A stretch of DNA of 64,000 nucleotides from Candidatus Cloacimonadales bacterium (GTDB lineage: Bacteria; Cloacimonadota; Cloacimonadia; Cloacimonadales; JAFGVF01), in assembly GCA_963677815.1 (NCBI GenBank), contig OY782499.1, positions 412,408-476,407 of the forward strand. The letters run 5' to 3'. The notes beneath the pieces were generated by a model, which searched no databases, was not told where the DNA came from, and was given only the letters and a program-made list of their open reading frames with translations. Made by a program: the position numbers and the translations under genes. Position 1 is the first letter of the stretch; every line of letters begins with the position of its first letter. Of this stretch, positions 47,829 to 58,500 are shown one piece after another.

Positions 47829-48152
47829 ATATCCCTGAAAGGGATTCAGAGTGTTGACAAAGTCAACTTCTCTGAGTTTTTGGTCTCTTTTTTCAAAAAG
47901 AGATCGCTAATAGATTTATTCAAACTCGAACAAAATAGTATTTAAATACATTGCAGTGAAGAGTTTGGATAAAGATATAGCGACTTTATACACTTCTTCT
48001 TTTTTGCATATAAAATCAGTATTTTTATCATATTTTATATTTAAGGGGTTTGTCTACAGCCTGATTAGTAAATTAGCTTGGGGTAAGCACCTATAAAGAG
48101 CGTCACCCCAGGTATAATAACCAAAACTAAGCTGTAACCCTGTAAGGGTTTA
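47829..48152. repeat. REP-like element (CCCTGAAAGGG / TGGGGT..ACCCCA hairpins) split by a MITE
   Basis: ATCCCTGAAAGGGAT at about 47831, TGGGGT...ACCCCA at about 48079-48110, AACCCTGTAAGGGTT at about 48136. Confidence 0.5.
47847..48063. mobile_element. Non-autonomous IS-derived element (IS1182-like termini), about 217 bp
   Basis: Left end CAGAGTGTTGACAAAGTC, right end (reverse complement) CAGGCTGTAGACAAACCC; ATT on both flanks; no transposase. Confidence 0.62.
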
Positions 48153-48536
48153 ATAGAATGTTTGAAAGTTTATATATAAGTTTTTGGTATACATGTTTTT
48201 ATTAATCATTAAAAGTGTTTAACTATATATATATCATAACCCCAGTTAGGAAAATGAGACTTATCCTTTCAAGATTATGTCTTATTTAGCTAAAAAACAA
48301 GAAGCAATAGTACATTTTAAGCTGTGTACTATTGTAATACATTATTTAATGAAACATAATGCTAAATATTTTCACCAGACTTGAACTTGAGCCTTAAAAA
48401 ATAGTCTAGGGCATTAAATGGATTAGAACAAAAGCTTATTTAAATTCAGAAAGATTAGTAATAATATCCTAACTCACTACTGTGTAAATCATTTTGCTGA
48501 AATTACTAAAAAAATTAATACAAGAGATCTACTATG

Positions 48537-49007
48537 TTAATATTTCTCTTCATAGTCAAATGATCCATCAAATTTATAAAATTTCCATTTCCCTGTTTTT
48601 TTACCATCTTTGTAAAAACCTTTTAAAGCAATATTTCCATTTTCATGAAAGACATTGAAATCTCCATTTAATACTCCATTTGAATAATATTGTCTCAAGG
48701 ACAGCTTTCCATTTTCATAATATTGTAAAAATAATCCGTGCTGTTTATCATACTTCATTTCTGTTATATTGAATGGGGTACCATTTTCATAATATGTATA
48801 ACATGTTCCATGCAACATTCCATTCACAGTAGTACAGGATAATTTTACATTTCCATTAGAATAGTATTCTTTAATTTGTTTAGTTTCAATTTTGTTACTA
48901 TTACTTTTTTTGGTACTATCATTGCTAAATATAGGCGTATCTTCGCATCTCTCAGCTACCCACATAAAAAGAAATATTAGTATTATCATAAAAATAAACT
49001 GTTTCAT
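48537..49007 (-). CDS. MORN-variant repeat protein (YwqK-like), membrane-anchored or exported
   Basis: N-terminal hydrophobic segment; repeated YY.NG...G..HG units. Confidence 0.82.
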   Translation of the reverse strand: MKQFIFMIILIFLFMWVAERCEDTPIFSNDSTKKSNSNKIETKQIKEYYSNGNVKLSCTTVNGMLHGTCYTYYENGTPFNITEMKYDKQHGLFLQYYENGKLSLRQYYSNGVLNGDFNVFHENGNIALKGFYKDGKKTGKWKFYKFDGSFDYEEKY

Positions 49008-49265
49008 AAATAGCTCCTTTCTTTATTATATCTTTTAGAATTTAAAAATAAACAATTATCATTATTATATATTGATATTTTTTTATCCAGTTCCTAATAT
49101 AATTAGATGCATAGAAATTTTTAGACCAAATTTTTCTTCCCCTTTGTTTTATCCTATACTTAATTTTCTTTTTTACAGTTAATTTGTCAAATAATGCATT
49201 CTTCAAAGTATCTGCTTATTTTTTAAGAAAATTTGTTTGCAACTGTAATTTAAATTTAACCATAT

Positions 49266-50201
49266 CTACTCATGTAGAGAAAACCGTTCAAGCTCTTCTA
49301 TAATTATTTGGCTTATTTCTTCATTTCTATTAAAGACCTTAAGATGCGAGGCATTAATATGTTTAGCCTTATGTTTTAATTTAAATTTATTCTTTTCAAA
49401 AAAATCAATATTTGCCATATTTTGACTTTCAGCTGATATTATTGAATCTCCAGTCTCTTTAGTATCTTTCTTAAAAATATTTATAAAGTTATCCCAAACA
49501 GACTCTTCTTCAGAGTCCTTGACATCATGAGCAATGATTGAAACATAATTGATATTTTCAGGGTGTGGTTGCATATTAAGATTATGTAAAAAACTATCTT
49601 TGCCCGAAGCGACAAGATCTTTAAGAGTATTGATAGATATTTCAGAATGAATTCCGAAGACATCTATAATAGCTTGTGCAGCTTTTGTGTCTGATCCTCC
49701 TACAACCAAGGTTGAAGCATACAAAATATTTGCGAGATAGCTCCCAAGATGAGGAGTAGCCAATGTTATGAGAGTTTCCACATAATTATCATTAAAGTTA
49801 TTAACAAGATAATTCCTAGCAATCAATCCACCCATACTATAAGCAACTATTAGGAAATTGTCATTATTAGTTTTTTCCCTCAATCCTTTAATCACAATTG
49901 CTAATTCGTTACTCAAGTTTTCTACAGTTTGGGTAGAATCAGAAAAAACTAAATTATATATATCGCCCTTTTTAAATTCTTGAGTGAAGTCTTGCTTAAT
50001 ATTGAAGTCCAAAGCCTTAACACTTCCCCCGTATTTATATCCGTTTGCTACTAACTTCTCAATTATTCCTGATTCTTCCCACATAAGTGCTTTAGAACCA
50101 TATCCTGGAATTAATAAGACAGCAGGATTTTCTTTTTTACTACATGATGCTATCAACAAAACGAAAGAACTAATAATTAAAAAACTTACAAATCTTCTCA
50201 T
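49266..50201 (-). CDS. Lipoprotein alpha/beta hydrolase (lipase/PGAP1-like)
   Basis: Lipobox LIASC; LLIPGY oxyanion region, AYSMGG nucleophile elbow, LATPHLGS, GDSII, ASH. Confidence 0.85.
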   Translation of the reverse strand: MRRFVSFLIISSFVLLIASCSKKENPAVLLIPGYGSKALMWEESGIIEKLVANGYKYGGSVKALDFNIKQDFTQEFKKGDIYNLVFSDSTQTVENLSNELAIVIKGLREKTNNDNFLIVAYSMGGLIARNYLVNNFNDNYVETLITLATPHLGSYLANILYASTLVVGGSDTKAAQAIIDVFGIHSEISINTLKDLVASGKDSFLHNLNMQPHPENINYVSIIAHDVKDSEEESVWDNFINIFKKDTKETGDSIISAESQNMANIDFFEKNKFKLKHKAKHINASHLKVFNRNEEISQIIIEELERFSLHE

Positions 50202-50276
50202 TTTCCCCTCTTCTGTAAAGTATTTTTATAATCTATGTCTCTATTTTTTTTGATTATCTTAACTAAGCATATTTCT

Positions 50277-51290
50277 CTATAAAGGCTCTGTCATAGGCTT
50301 TTCTTCAAATATTAGTTGCAGACAGATACCAGCAAATAATACAAAGAACAACCTATTAAACAAAAATCCAGGAATAATAATAAACTTATATGAGTTAAAG
50401 GACTTAACATAACACCATTTGTGGGATTCCTGAAGATTTAAATATGGAATATCGAAAATAAATTTACTTCTGATATTAATATAACTTAGTAATTCAATTT
50501 TGTCTCTAGTAAGAGTTTCTTCAACAAACAATTGTTTCAACAGAAAATCGACTCGAACTATTTGAACCTTGTTTCCTGGATAAACTGAATTGACATATTC
50601 ATGAATTTTATCTGTTGAACAAGTATAATATGTATTCATAATATGATTTTCAGGACCTTGCAAGTAATTCCAATAATCTTTATTATATGTGATAGTGTAA
50701 GCTACAGGTTGGAAATCAACTTGAGACATTTCAGGGCTTGAATAGTATTTATCAAGAATCTTTTCTAAAGGTGAAAGTTTATCTAGCATTCCAGGGATTA
50801 CCATATTAATTGCAATCACTCCAACAAGTAAAGAGTAGACGATTCCGATAATTAAAACGCCAATACTTCGCCAAAATAGAGAAGCATTCCTCCCTCCCAA
50901 ACCTAAATTTTTTACTTCAATCATTATGAATATGATTAATACAAATACAGCTAAAATATTATAAATGAAATTATCTGCAATATGACTAAACACTGAAGTA
51001 GAAACTAATTCCTCTGTAGTAACCAGTAAAGTCCAGCCAGCAATAATCACCATAAACAATCGGGGAAACATAGCTCCAATATGAGTTAAAAATTTGTCTG
51101 AATCTAAAATACCTGAGAGAAGTAAAAACGACAGAGATATTGCTATTAGTATTATTAAGATTGGGGGAACGATAAAATCATAAAATATATAGAAAATACA
51201 ATAAATAACAATAATTGTTATTACTTTTATTATTAACTTTAATATATTAATTAATATGTTTAATTTAATATTTAATTTGTTTAATATCAA
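50277..51290 (-). CDS. Multi-pass membrane protein of unknown function (possibly the 3' half of a frameshifted gene)
   Basis: About 6 hydrophobic segments, FPRL...IIAGW...EEL; TTG start overlaps the upstream ORF at a T7 run. Confidence 0.7.
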   Translation of the reverse strand: MILNKLNIKLNILINILKLIIKVITIIVIYCIFYIFYDFIVPPILIILIAISLSFLLLSGILDSDKFLTHIGAMFPRLFMVIIAGWTLLVTTEELVSTSVFSHIADNFIYNILAVFVLIIFIMIEVKNLGLGGRNASLFWRSIGVLIIGIVYSLLVGVIAINMVIPGMLDKLSPLEKILDKYYSSPEMSQVDFQPVAYTITYNKDYWNYLQGPENHIMNTYYTCSTDKIHEYVNSVYPGNKVQIVRVDFLLKQLFVEETLTRDKIELLSYINIRSKFIFDIPYLNLQESHKWCYVKSFNSYKFIIIPGFLFNRLFFVLFAGICLQLIFEEKPMTEPL

Positions 51291-52308
51291 AAAAACCTCC
51301 TATATGATTCTTTGCTCTTATCCAAATATTTTTGAAAAGGTAAAACACATCTTTACTAATTAACGTGAATAGCTTTCCTAGAGAATACCTGCGAGAAAAC
51401 CATTTGATTGCATCAGTATAAATGCTATTATCTGTTTTTTTCAACTCTTTAATTTTATTGTTTAGTGATTCTATTTTCCTTTTAAAATCTTCCTTTGATT
51501 CTATTTCTCTTGAAATTTTTTCTCTTTTATAAATGCCTTTTAATTCACTAATATTTTTTTTTATTTTTTCAAGACATTCAGAATATTCATCTTCTATATC
51601 CTTTTTAAACCAATGAGATAATTTATATAGCTCATTTACCCTTGAATCATTTAAGACTAATAGATATTGTTTTCCATATTTGATACTTTTTTTTAGAAAA
51701 ACTTCTGCTTTCTTTTCATCAAAGATTAAGTTATAATAATCATAAAGAAATTTTGAACTAATAGCATAGAAATAATAATTACTTCTTAACCTTGATTCTA
51801 TCTCAGCAAAATGCTCTGAATTTTCAAATAAGTCCGTTACTTCCCAATCAAATATGAAATCATGAATTAATTTTCTAAATATCTTTACGTATATTGGTTG
51901 GCTCTTTTCATCCTTTTCTTCTTCTTTAATTTTATTAGTTTTAAAAGAAATACCTTTATTTCTAATATGTTCATAGATATATTTTACAATTTCTTCTTTA
52001 TTATCTTCAATTCTACAATCTTTGAGTGTATTTTTAAGGTTTTCACCATCTGTTAATACTTTGTATAATGGTAACTTTATTAAGGTTACAATTTCTGGAT
52101 AAGTACTTTCTTGATCTTGCTTAATTATATTAAGAGCTTTGATGTAGGGATATAAATCATATTTAAAAACTAAATAATCTTGGGTTAATGATAAAGAAAT
52201 TAGGTAATATGTTTCATTACAAACTTCATAACTATGATGAATATAATAGAATTCTTTTGTTTTTTTATTATAATGAAAATTATATCCTTCAGTTGTAATC
52301 TTATCCAT
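51265..52308 (-). CDS. Hypothetical helical protein (start likely ATG 52308)
   Basis: Long ORF in the operon; FRKLIHDFIFD...FENS and WFSRRY segments; no recognisable family. Confidence 0.7.
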   Translation of the reverse strand: MDKITTEGYNFHYNKKTKEFYYIHHSYEVCNETYYLISLSLTQDYLVFKYDLYPYIKALNIIKQDQESTYPEIVTLIKLPLYKVLTDGENLKNTLKDCRIEDNKEEIVKYIYEHIRNKGISFKTNKIKEEEKDEKSQPIYVKIFRKLIHDFIFDWEVTDLFENSEHFAEIESRLRSNYYFYAISSKFLYDYYNLIFDEKKAEVFLKKSIKYGKQYLLVLNDSRVNELYKLSHWFKKDIEDEYSECLEKIKKNISELKGIYKREKISREIESKEDFKRKIESLNNKIKELKKTDNSIYTDAIKWFSRRYSLGKLFTLISKDVFYLFKNIWIRAKNHIGGFFDIKQIKY

Positions 52309-52318
52309 AATCTTATTC

Positions 52319-54022
52319 TTATTTTTTAATAAAGTCAAACAGTTCAATCGATTCATCAATTCCTAATATTGATTTAATCTCTAACTCTAGTAATTGCTTT
52401 GACTCAAGATAATCAGGATTATTCTCACCTGAATATTCCTTGATTCTCAATAATCTTAAATACAAATCTCTTAATGAAGGGTTTGATATAACTTTTATCA
52501 CATTTCTATTTTTTATATTTTTAATTAGTAGACTGTTTCCATTATAATTATCTATAATTGGATAATATCTTATAAAATCATAATAATCTAAAAAGCTTTC
52601 TTCTATTCTTGAATCCTTAATTTGGACACCTAAAAAGTGAGCAAATTTATACATAAATTGCTTAGGTGTATTTATTGGGTCTGCACCACTTGCCAGTTCC
52701 CAATGTTCGCAATGATGACTGATTCCGTTCTCTCTTAAATCATCTAAGAGAGCATTACTAAAAGCAGATATTGGGAAAAGATAAGCCTTTCCAAAAGGTG
52801 TTTTAATATTGTTATACCTACTATTCTCTGCACTATAATCGCTTTTAATTATATCTATCAATTCAGAACTAAATTCTCTTTCATTAGATTTTCCATTAAT
52901 TCCTAGTAGGTAGTCAATTAAAACAATATCATAGGTCCTTTCATCATCCTTAAGCGCACCATAACTTTTTTCAACTAATTTTACCTGTTTACTCCAACCT
53001 TGTTGATTACATCTCTCTTCTTTACATCCTGCAATAGGGGTATAAAACCTAAATGGAAGTTTTATTTGATCATCATCCATGTCTTTTTCTACCTTATTGA
53101 TGAATGTACAATCAGTACAATCTTTATCGGAACATTTGTTTGTCAAATCTCTATTTAGCAATTTACAGATGATCTTCCACTTTCTAGAAAGCTTATTACC
53201 TTTTTTATCCTGTTTTAGGCATATATCTGCGTAATCATCTACAATTAAGATTCTCCATTTATACTTACAAATCTTTTTTTTTAGTTTCTCATCGATTTCT
53301 TTTTCCATATAAGTTTCTGAATGGAACTTAAAGGGAATAACTTTAGAACTATGTGAATAGCTTCCAAAATCCCTTAAAAATGAGTTATGCATCATTCTTG
53401 TTTGAAACTCTATAAACTCTTGACTTACATGAGTTAAAAAAAGATTTCTAGAAAATGCGTCATGATAATCTAGTAAAACGTGTTCGAAATTTTGTTTGAA
53501 ATTATTATCATATAAGTGAAGATATCGATTCCAGATAGATGAATCCCAATAATATTTACGTTTTTCTATATTGAGATTCTTTATTATCTCTTTATTATCA
53601 TCATTTTCACTTAGCTTTAGATAATTTAAAAAATCAGTACTTATTAAAAGAATAGGAGAAAATTTCTTTTTATTTACCTGATAATGGTACTTAACAATAT
53701 ATTTAAATAATTCGTCATAATGTAGGTACTTCATCTTACAAAATAAGATTTTTAGGTTTGATCCATTAGCTGATTTTACTGTACGTTCATTATTCTGCGA
53801 GCCTTTTTTTTCTTCTGTGCTCGAAATTGGATTTGGGATTATTTCAAAATCTTTCAATTTCTTAACCCTTGAACCTACAATGAGAGTAGATAAGATATTC
53901 TTCAATGATGAACACCAATCAGTTTCTTCAACTAACCTTATTTCATATTTTCCCTTTTTTTCATCTTTTTCATAAACACAAAACTCAATACCAAACTTAA
54001 TTTTTTCATCACTATCTGACAT
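52319..54022 (-). CDS. Hypothetical protein with a divergent receiver domain containing a Cys-rich insert
   Basis: WRILIVDDYAD (beta1 acidic pair), YDIVLIDYLLG (beta3 Asp), LFPISAF (beta4 Ser); CSDKDCTDC insert. Confidence 0.65.
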   Translation of the reverse strand: MSDSDEKIKFGIEFCVYEKDEKKGKYEIRLVEETDWCSSLKNILSTLIVGSRVKKLKDFEIIPNPISSTEEKKGSQNNERTVKSANGSNLKILFCKMKYLHYDELFKYIVKYHYQVNKKKFSPILLISTDFLNYLKLSENDDNKEIIKNLNIEKRKYYWDSSIWNRYLHLYDNNFKQNFEHVLLDYHDAFSRNLFLTHVSQEFIEFQTRMMHNSFLRDFGSYSHSSKVIPFKFHSETYMEKEIDEKLKKKICKYKWRILIVDDYADICLKQDKKGNKLSRKWKIICKLLNRDLTNKCSDKDCTDCTFINKVEKDMDDDQIKLPFRFYTPIAGCKEERCNQQGWSKQVKLVEKSYGALKDDERTYDIVLIDYLLGINGKSNEREFSSELIDIIKSDYSAENSRYNNIKTPFGKAYLFPISAFSNALLDDLRENGISHHCEHWELASGADPINTPKQFMYKFAHFLGVQIKDSRIEESFLDYYDFIRYYPIIDNYNGNSLLIKNIKNRNVIKVISNPSLRDLYLRLLRIKEYSGENNPDYLESKQLLELEIKSILGIDESIELFDFIKK

Positions 54023-54089
54023 ATCAACCTACCATAATTTAAGTAATATTTCTTATTTACTACACATTCTTTAATCTAAATCAGTTTTA

Positions 54090-54800
54090 TTAATTACCTC
54101 TTAAATATTTTAAATCTATAACTTCTAATTTATTCTTTGCTTCTGTTAAAGTACTAGTAATATTATCAATACCAATGGCATTTTTAAAATTCCCTGGCTT
54201 AATACTTTGGAAAATTTTATTTATTTTTGACATTATATTAATAACATCATATCCAAATGGTAAAAATATAAAAAAATCTTCGTACTTGTACCACCTATTT
54301 AACAAACATTCTAGTTCTTGTAGAAATAGTTGAAAATAATCTTGATTATTAATATTTGCTTTTAAATCAGTACTTGTCATAATTGCCTGATTAAGAATAT
54401 CTATAACACTTGAGTCCTCATGACCATTAAAGAATAGCTGAAGTTTATCACAGATATCTAGGGCATCAAGGGGGAAATTCTCTGGTGATATATTACAAAC
54501 TGCTTTTTGAGTTTTATTTTCTATAATCAGATTTTCTTCAAATAAGAATATATAATTGGAGTCAATAAAATCCCAGAAACCCATTACTATTAGTTTTTTA
54601 TGATGAAAGCTCTCTCTAAAATATCTGAACCAAGGCTTATGAACTGAGTAATTCTTATCATTTATCTTCACTGGCTCTAAAATATATAAAACATCGAAAT
54701 CAAAATCATCTCCACATTTCCATAATGTAGTATTTGTAAATTCTTTGTGACTTAGAATTATATCTGAAAAATTATGAAATGAAGCTAATAGTTTAGTCAT
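54090..54800 (-). CDS. Hypothetical protein; degenerate alpha/beta N-domain plus a helical His-containing C-domain
   Basis: FDVLYILEP, KLIVMGF, LFFNGHED; ATG at 54800 overlaps the upstream stop. Confidence 0.6.
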   Translation of the reverse strand: MTKLLASFHNFSDIILSHKEFTNTTLWKCGDDFDFDVLYILEPVKINDKNYSVHKPWFRYFRESFHHKKLIVMGFWDFIDSNYIFLFEENLIIENKTQKAVCNISPENFPLDALDICDKLQLFFNGHEDSSVIDILNQAIMTSTDLKANINNQDYFQLFLQELECLLNRWYKYEDFFIFLPFGYDVINIMSKINKIFQSIKPGNFKNAIGIDNITSTLTEAKNKLEVIDLKYLRGN

Positions 54801-55554
54801 AGATTGGCCCTTCAATGTTTCTAAGGCATTTGTTAATCATATTTAAGAAACAACTAACATCTTTGTCTTTATCTGGTTGTAAATAATCTATTACAGTATT
54901 ACATGATCGTATGAATTCATCATCCTTTTTATTGCTTATTGATTTATAATATTCAATAAATTTGTTAATTTTATCTCTATAATTTTTAAATTCTGATTCA
55001 GGAAATTCAGAGATATTATTAAAATTTTCTATAATGACCTCTTCTCGAAATTCATAAATCTTCTGCTTTAGTGAATGCACATAATAATTCCAAATATCAT
55101 CGAAAATTTCTTTTTTTAAGGAAAAATTTACTTGATCTTTGGAATTTTTTACAGCACTATCTCTGAATAATCCCTCATCTACAAGTTTTGAGTATATTGG
55201 CGATTCTACTCTATTTGTGTTACTCCCAGAGAATATTTTTATAGTTGGTTCTTCACAAGTAAATTTTCCCATGAACGAATTATTGACCATTTCCTCGGTA
55301 AACTTGTCTGGCGTTCCTCCATGCAGTAATAAAAGAGCTTTATAGTCAGATTTTGAGTTTATATATTCAATTATATCCTGCGTTGTATATTCATATCTAG
55401 CATCTTTTTTGGTAAACCCACAAAAGAGGCAGTCACTAGTATTTTCTATTTTGACTTCAAACTTGTAACCTTCACCAATAAAGTCACAAAAATCTTCTAC
55501 ATCCTCACTCTTATACCATCTCCATACAACGATTAACAATCTTTTTTTATCCAT
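54793..55554 (-). CDS. Hypothetical protein, possibly a degenerate receiver-like fold
   Basis: GGAGG RBS; RLLIVVW, ALLLLHGG, IKIFSG beta-strand pattern. Confidence 0.6.
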   Translation of the reverse strand: MDKKRLLIVVWRWYKSEDVEDFCDFIGEGYKFEVKIENTSDCLFCGFTKKDARYEYTTQDIIEYINSKSDYKALLLLHGGTPDKFTEEMVNNSFMGKFTCEEPTIKIFSGSNTNRVESPIYSKLVDEGLFRDSAVKNSKDQVNFSLKKEIFDDIWNYYVHSLKQKIYEFREEVIIENFNNISEFPESEFKNYRDKINKFIEYYKSISNKKDDEFIRSCNTVIDYLQPDKDKDVSCFLNMINKCLRNIEGPIYD

Positions 55555-55566
55555 AACAGACCTCCT

Positions 55567-58500
55567 TTATGAACCAAACAAAACTTTTGTTAGATTATAT
55601 TTCAACTGAAAATCATCCTTAAAGGCTAACGCATCTTCTACAGCATTTAGAAAAGACTCTATTGGTTTAAATACTGTTATTTTAGAATATTTAGACCCTA
55701 AGTTGTCAATCCATAGTGCTCGTCCTCGTCCCGATGTGATTACAATCCTTAGATTATTTAATGATTTTGAATCTTTAAGTCCTAGCTTAGAGTCAAAAAA
55801 ATCACCAATCTCTTTTTCTGATATCCCGTACGACTCTATATATGAGAGATGTAGAACGATAAAATTATAATTTGTAATGTAGTCCATTTTTTCAATTTCA
55901 TATTTTTCATTATGAACTTTTAGATTTATCATTTCATATAAGTTACCTTTATCATTTTTAGCAATCCTTTGGTAAATTCTATTATCAATTATACATATTT
56001 TTGACAAAACAACTTCAATAAATTCACTTGAGATTACTTTCTTTTTGAGATCATCACTTATGAGAGATATATCTCCATCTACATCTTGTATAAAGTGTGT
56101 TCGTAGCCATCCATGGCTTCTAAATTTAATAATTTTGTTTTCAAGAATTCCTTTATTATTACCACCATGTAGAATGAATAATTCTGTATCAGAATTATTT
56201 ACTTTTTGTTGTTGCATACATTTAAAATCTATTATTGCTAATTTTGATCTATGCTGTTGTTCGGGATTCTCTATACATTGTGAAAAATGAGTTGTTTTAT
56301 TCTGTAAGAATTTTCTATTCCAGCACTGGTAGATTGCAAATTTGTCTTGTTCAGTTATTTCCTGTTTCTTAATTCTTTCTATCAATTTATCACAAACATC
56401 TGAATTGTTTCTATTTTTTGTTTGTACCAAAAGATCATCTAATTCTAAATGATTACTTATATCATAATATGTTATTATCCTTATAATACCATTCTTTGTT
56501 AGCTCTTTTTGAATACTAGGAGTCAACTCATCTACATATATGAACCTAAACCTACTGGTATTTTCATTTTCCATTGATATACTAGAATTTTCATTGTAAT
56601 ATCCTATAAATTCTCCTCTCCAGAGGTAGATACTTTTTAGGATTCTTCCATTTATTTCATTATTTATTTCATTATTTTTTTCTTCTGAGAAATCAAGCCA
56701 AAATCTTTTCTCCTTTTCATTATAGAAATATTTATCTCTATTGGTAGTCTTGATATTATTACTAAAATCAACACTCGCAAAAGTATTATTTAATAACATA
56801 GCTGAACATATTTTATCTTGGAAAGTACCACCTAACTTAGGAGATCCAGTATCTGTTATAATACTTTCACTAGTTTTATTTTTTAGAAAATCTATGACTC
56901 TCAATTCTATAGATTTATTACTCTTAGTAGTTTTTGAAGTTTTTAATGAATTATCATGATCTAAATAAACTGAAATCTTGAAGAAATTTGGATTATGTAT
57001 TTCTTCTCTCTCAGCATGTGAATCACTTGAAAAATCTAACTCTAATGAGTCTATCCTAATATTGAAGTTCAGACTATCCGGTTTATTTCCGGTTGTAAAT
57101 TTAAAATGTTTAATATTTCTAATTGTGTTTTCAAAAATAGTGAATAAAGAATGTCTTCCTACAACTCCACCAGGCAGAAAAATATTATACACAGGTTTAC
57201 TTAATTCCTCTCTTACTATCTGATGGTATTCACCAGGATAGATAAAATTATAAGGAGAGAAACCAATATTTTTACCCCCATCAAGAGTTTTATAATTAAT
57301 TTCTGTATTGGAACATTTAAACTTATCAATTATTGATAAGTTTATTCTAGCAAAATCAAGTTTTACATATTTTTTCCCGTCAAGCGAATGAGGTAACTTT
57401 TCTTTATTATTAAATTGATAAACATTAAGAAACAAATCTTCAGGCAGTTCAATGTTAATATTAAGTTTCACAAACCCTTCAGAATGAGCAATCGTTCCTA
57501 GATATAAAGGGTTATCAGCAAAATCATTCCACAGTAAATCATAGAGATTTTGTGTCTCACCTCCAAATGCCATATCTCTTGTTACACCGCTCCAAAATGC
57601 AGCCTTATCTCGTAAAAATTTCATGAATTTGGCTATATGGGTATCCGCTGGTATTGGGAAACCAATTTCCTTTGTCATTACATCTATTTTGGCTGGGTCA
57701 GTAGTTTTATCATTTTCAGTTGGGGCAGTAGTATAAGAATATTGTAAAAATCTATTAATCTCCTCCTTATTTTCAAAACAATCTATTATCTCCTGTAAAT
57801 TAGTATAAGAATCAGAATTAGATCTATCATTTAAGCCCAAAACCTTGAATACTTCACTATACTTTTTACCATATTTTTTCAATTCATCTTGCCCAATATT
57901 ATATGGATATAAATTATATAAAGAGGTTATTTGGGGAGACTTATCTTCTGAATTACCTTCTCCGATTTTTATTGGTTCGTGTAATTTATTACTTCGTTTA
58001 TCAAACCACCACTTAAGAGCTGCTAAACTGTGAGCACTTATATTGTGTGCGTATGAATCTACAAGGATGGAAATTATTGCTGTTTTGATCTGGTTTTTTC
58101 TTAATACCGATTCAAACCTTTTACTGATTATAGAGTTCAATATATGCTGATATTTAGCAGCTATATTTGTCCATTGAATGTATTTCTCTTCACATTTATA
58201 TATATTTACCTTTGATATAAAACTTACAAAAGCAGCTGATTGATACCAAACTTGTCCATTAAATATTTGGGGAGTAAATGGTATGGGAATTTCAAAAATA
58301 AATATTTCTTCACTGGTCCCTTCATCTCCAACTGAAAATTTTTTATAATAATTCTTAGAAATCTCAGAGAATTCAGAATAAGCATCATTGTTTGAACTAT
58401 TCATAGCACTCCATATCCAATTACTATTTCTTACTGAATCAATACTGTTTACATTAATAATATTAATGTTCTTATCATTATTAATATTTATATGCTTATC

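Noticed and set aside
47440-47830. Small ORFs or gene remnants upstream of rimI
   Set aside because: Short frames with an RBS-like GAGGAGG and a signal-peptide-like stretch exist, but nothing recognisable supports a call.
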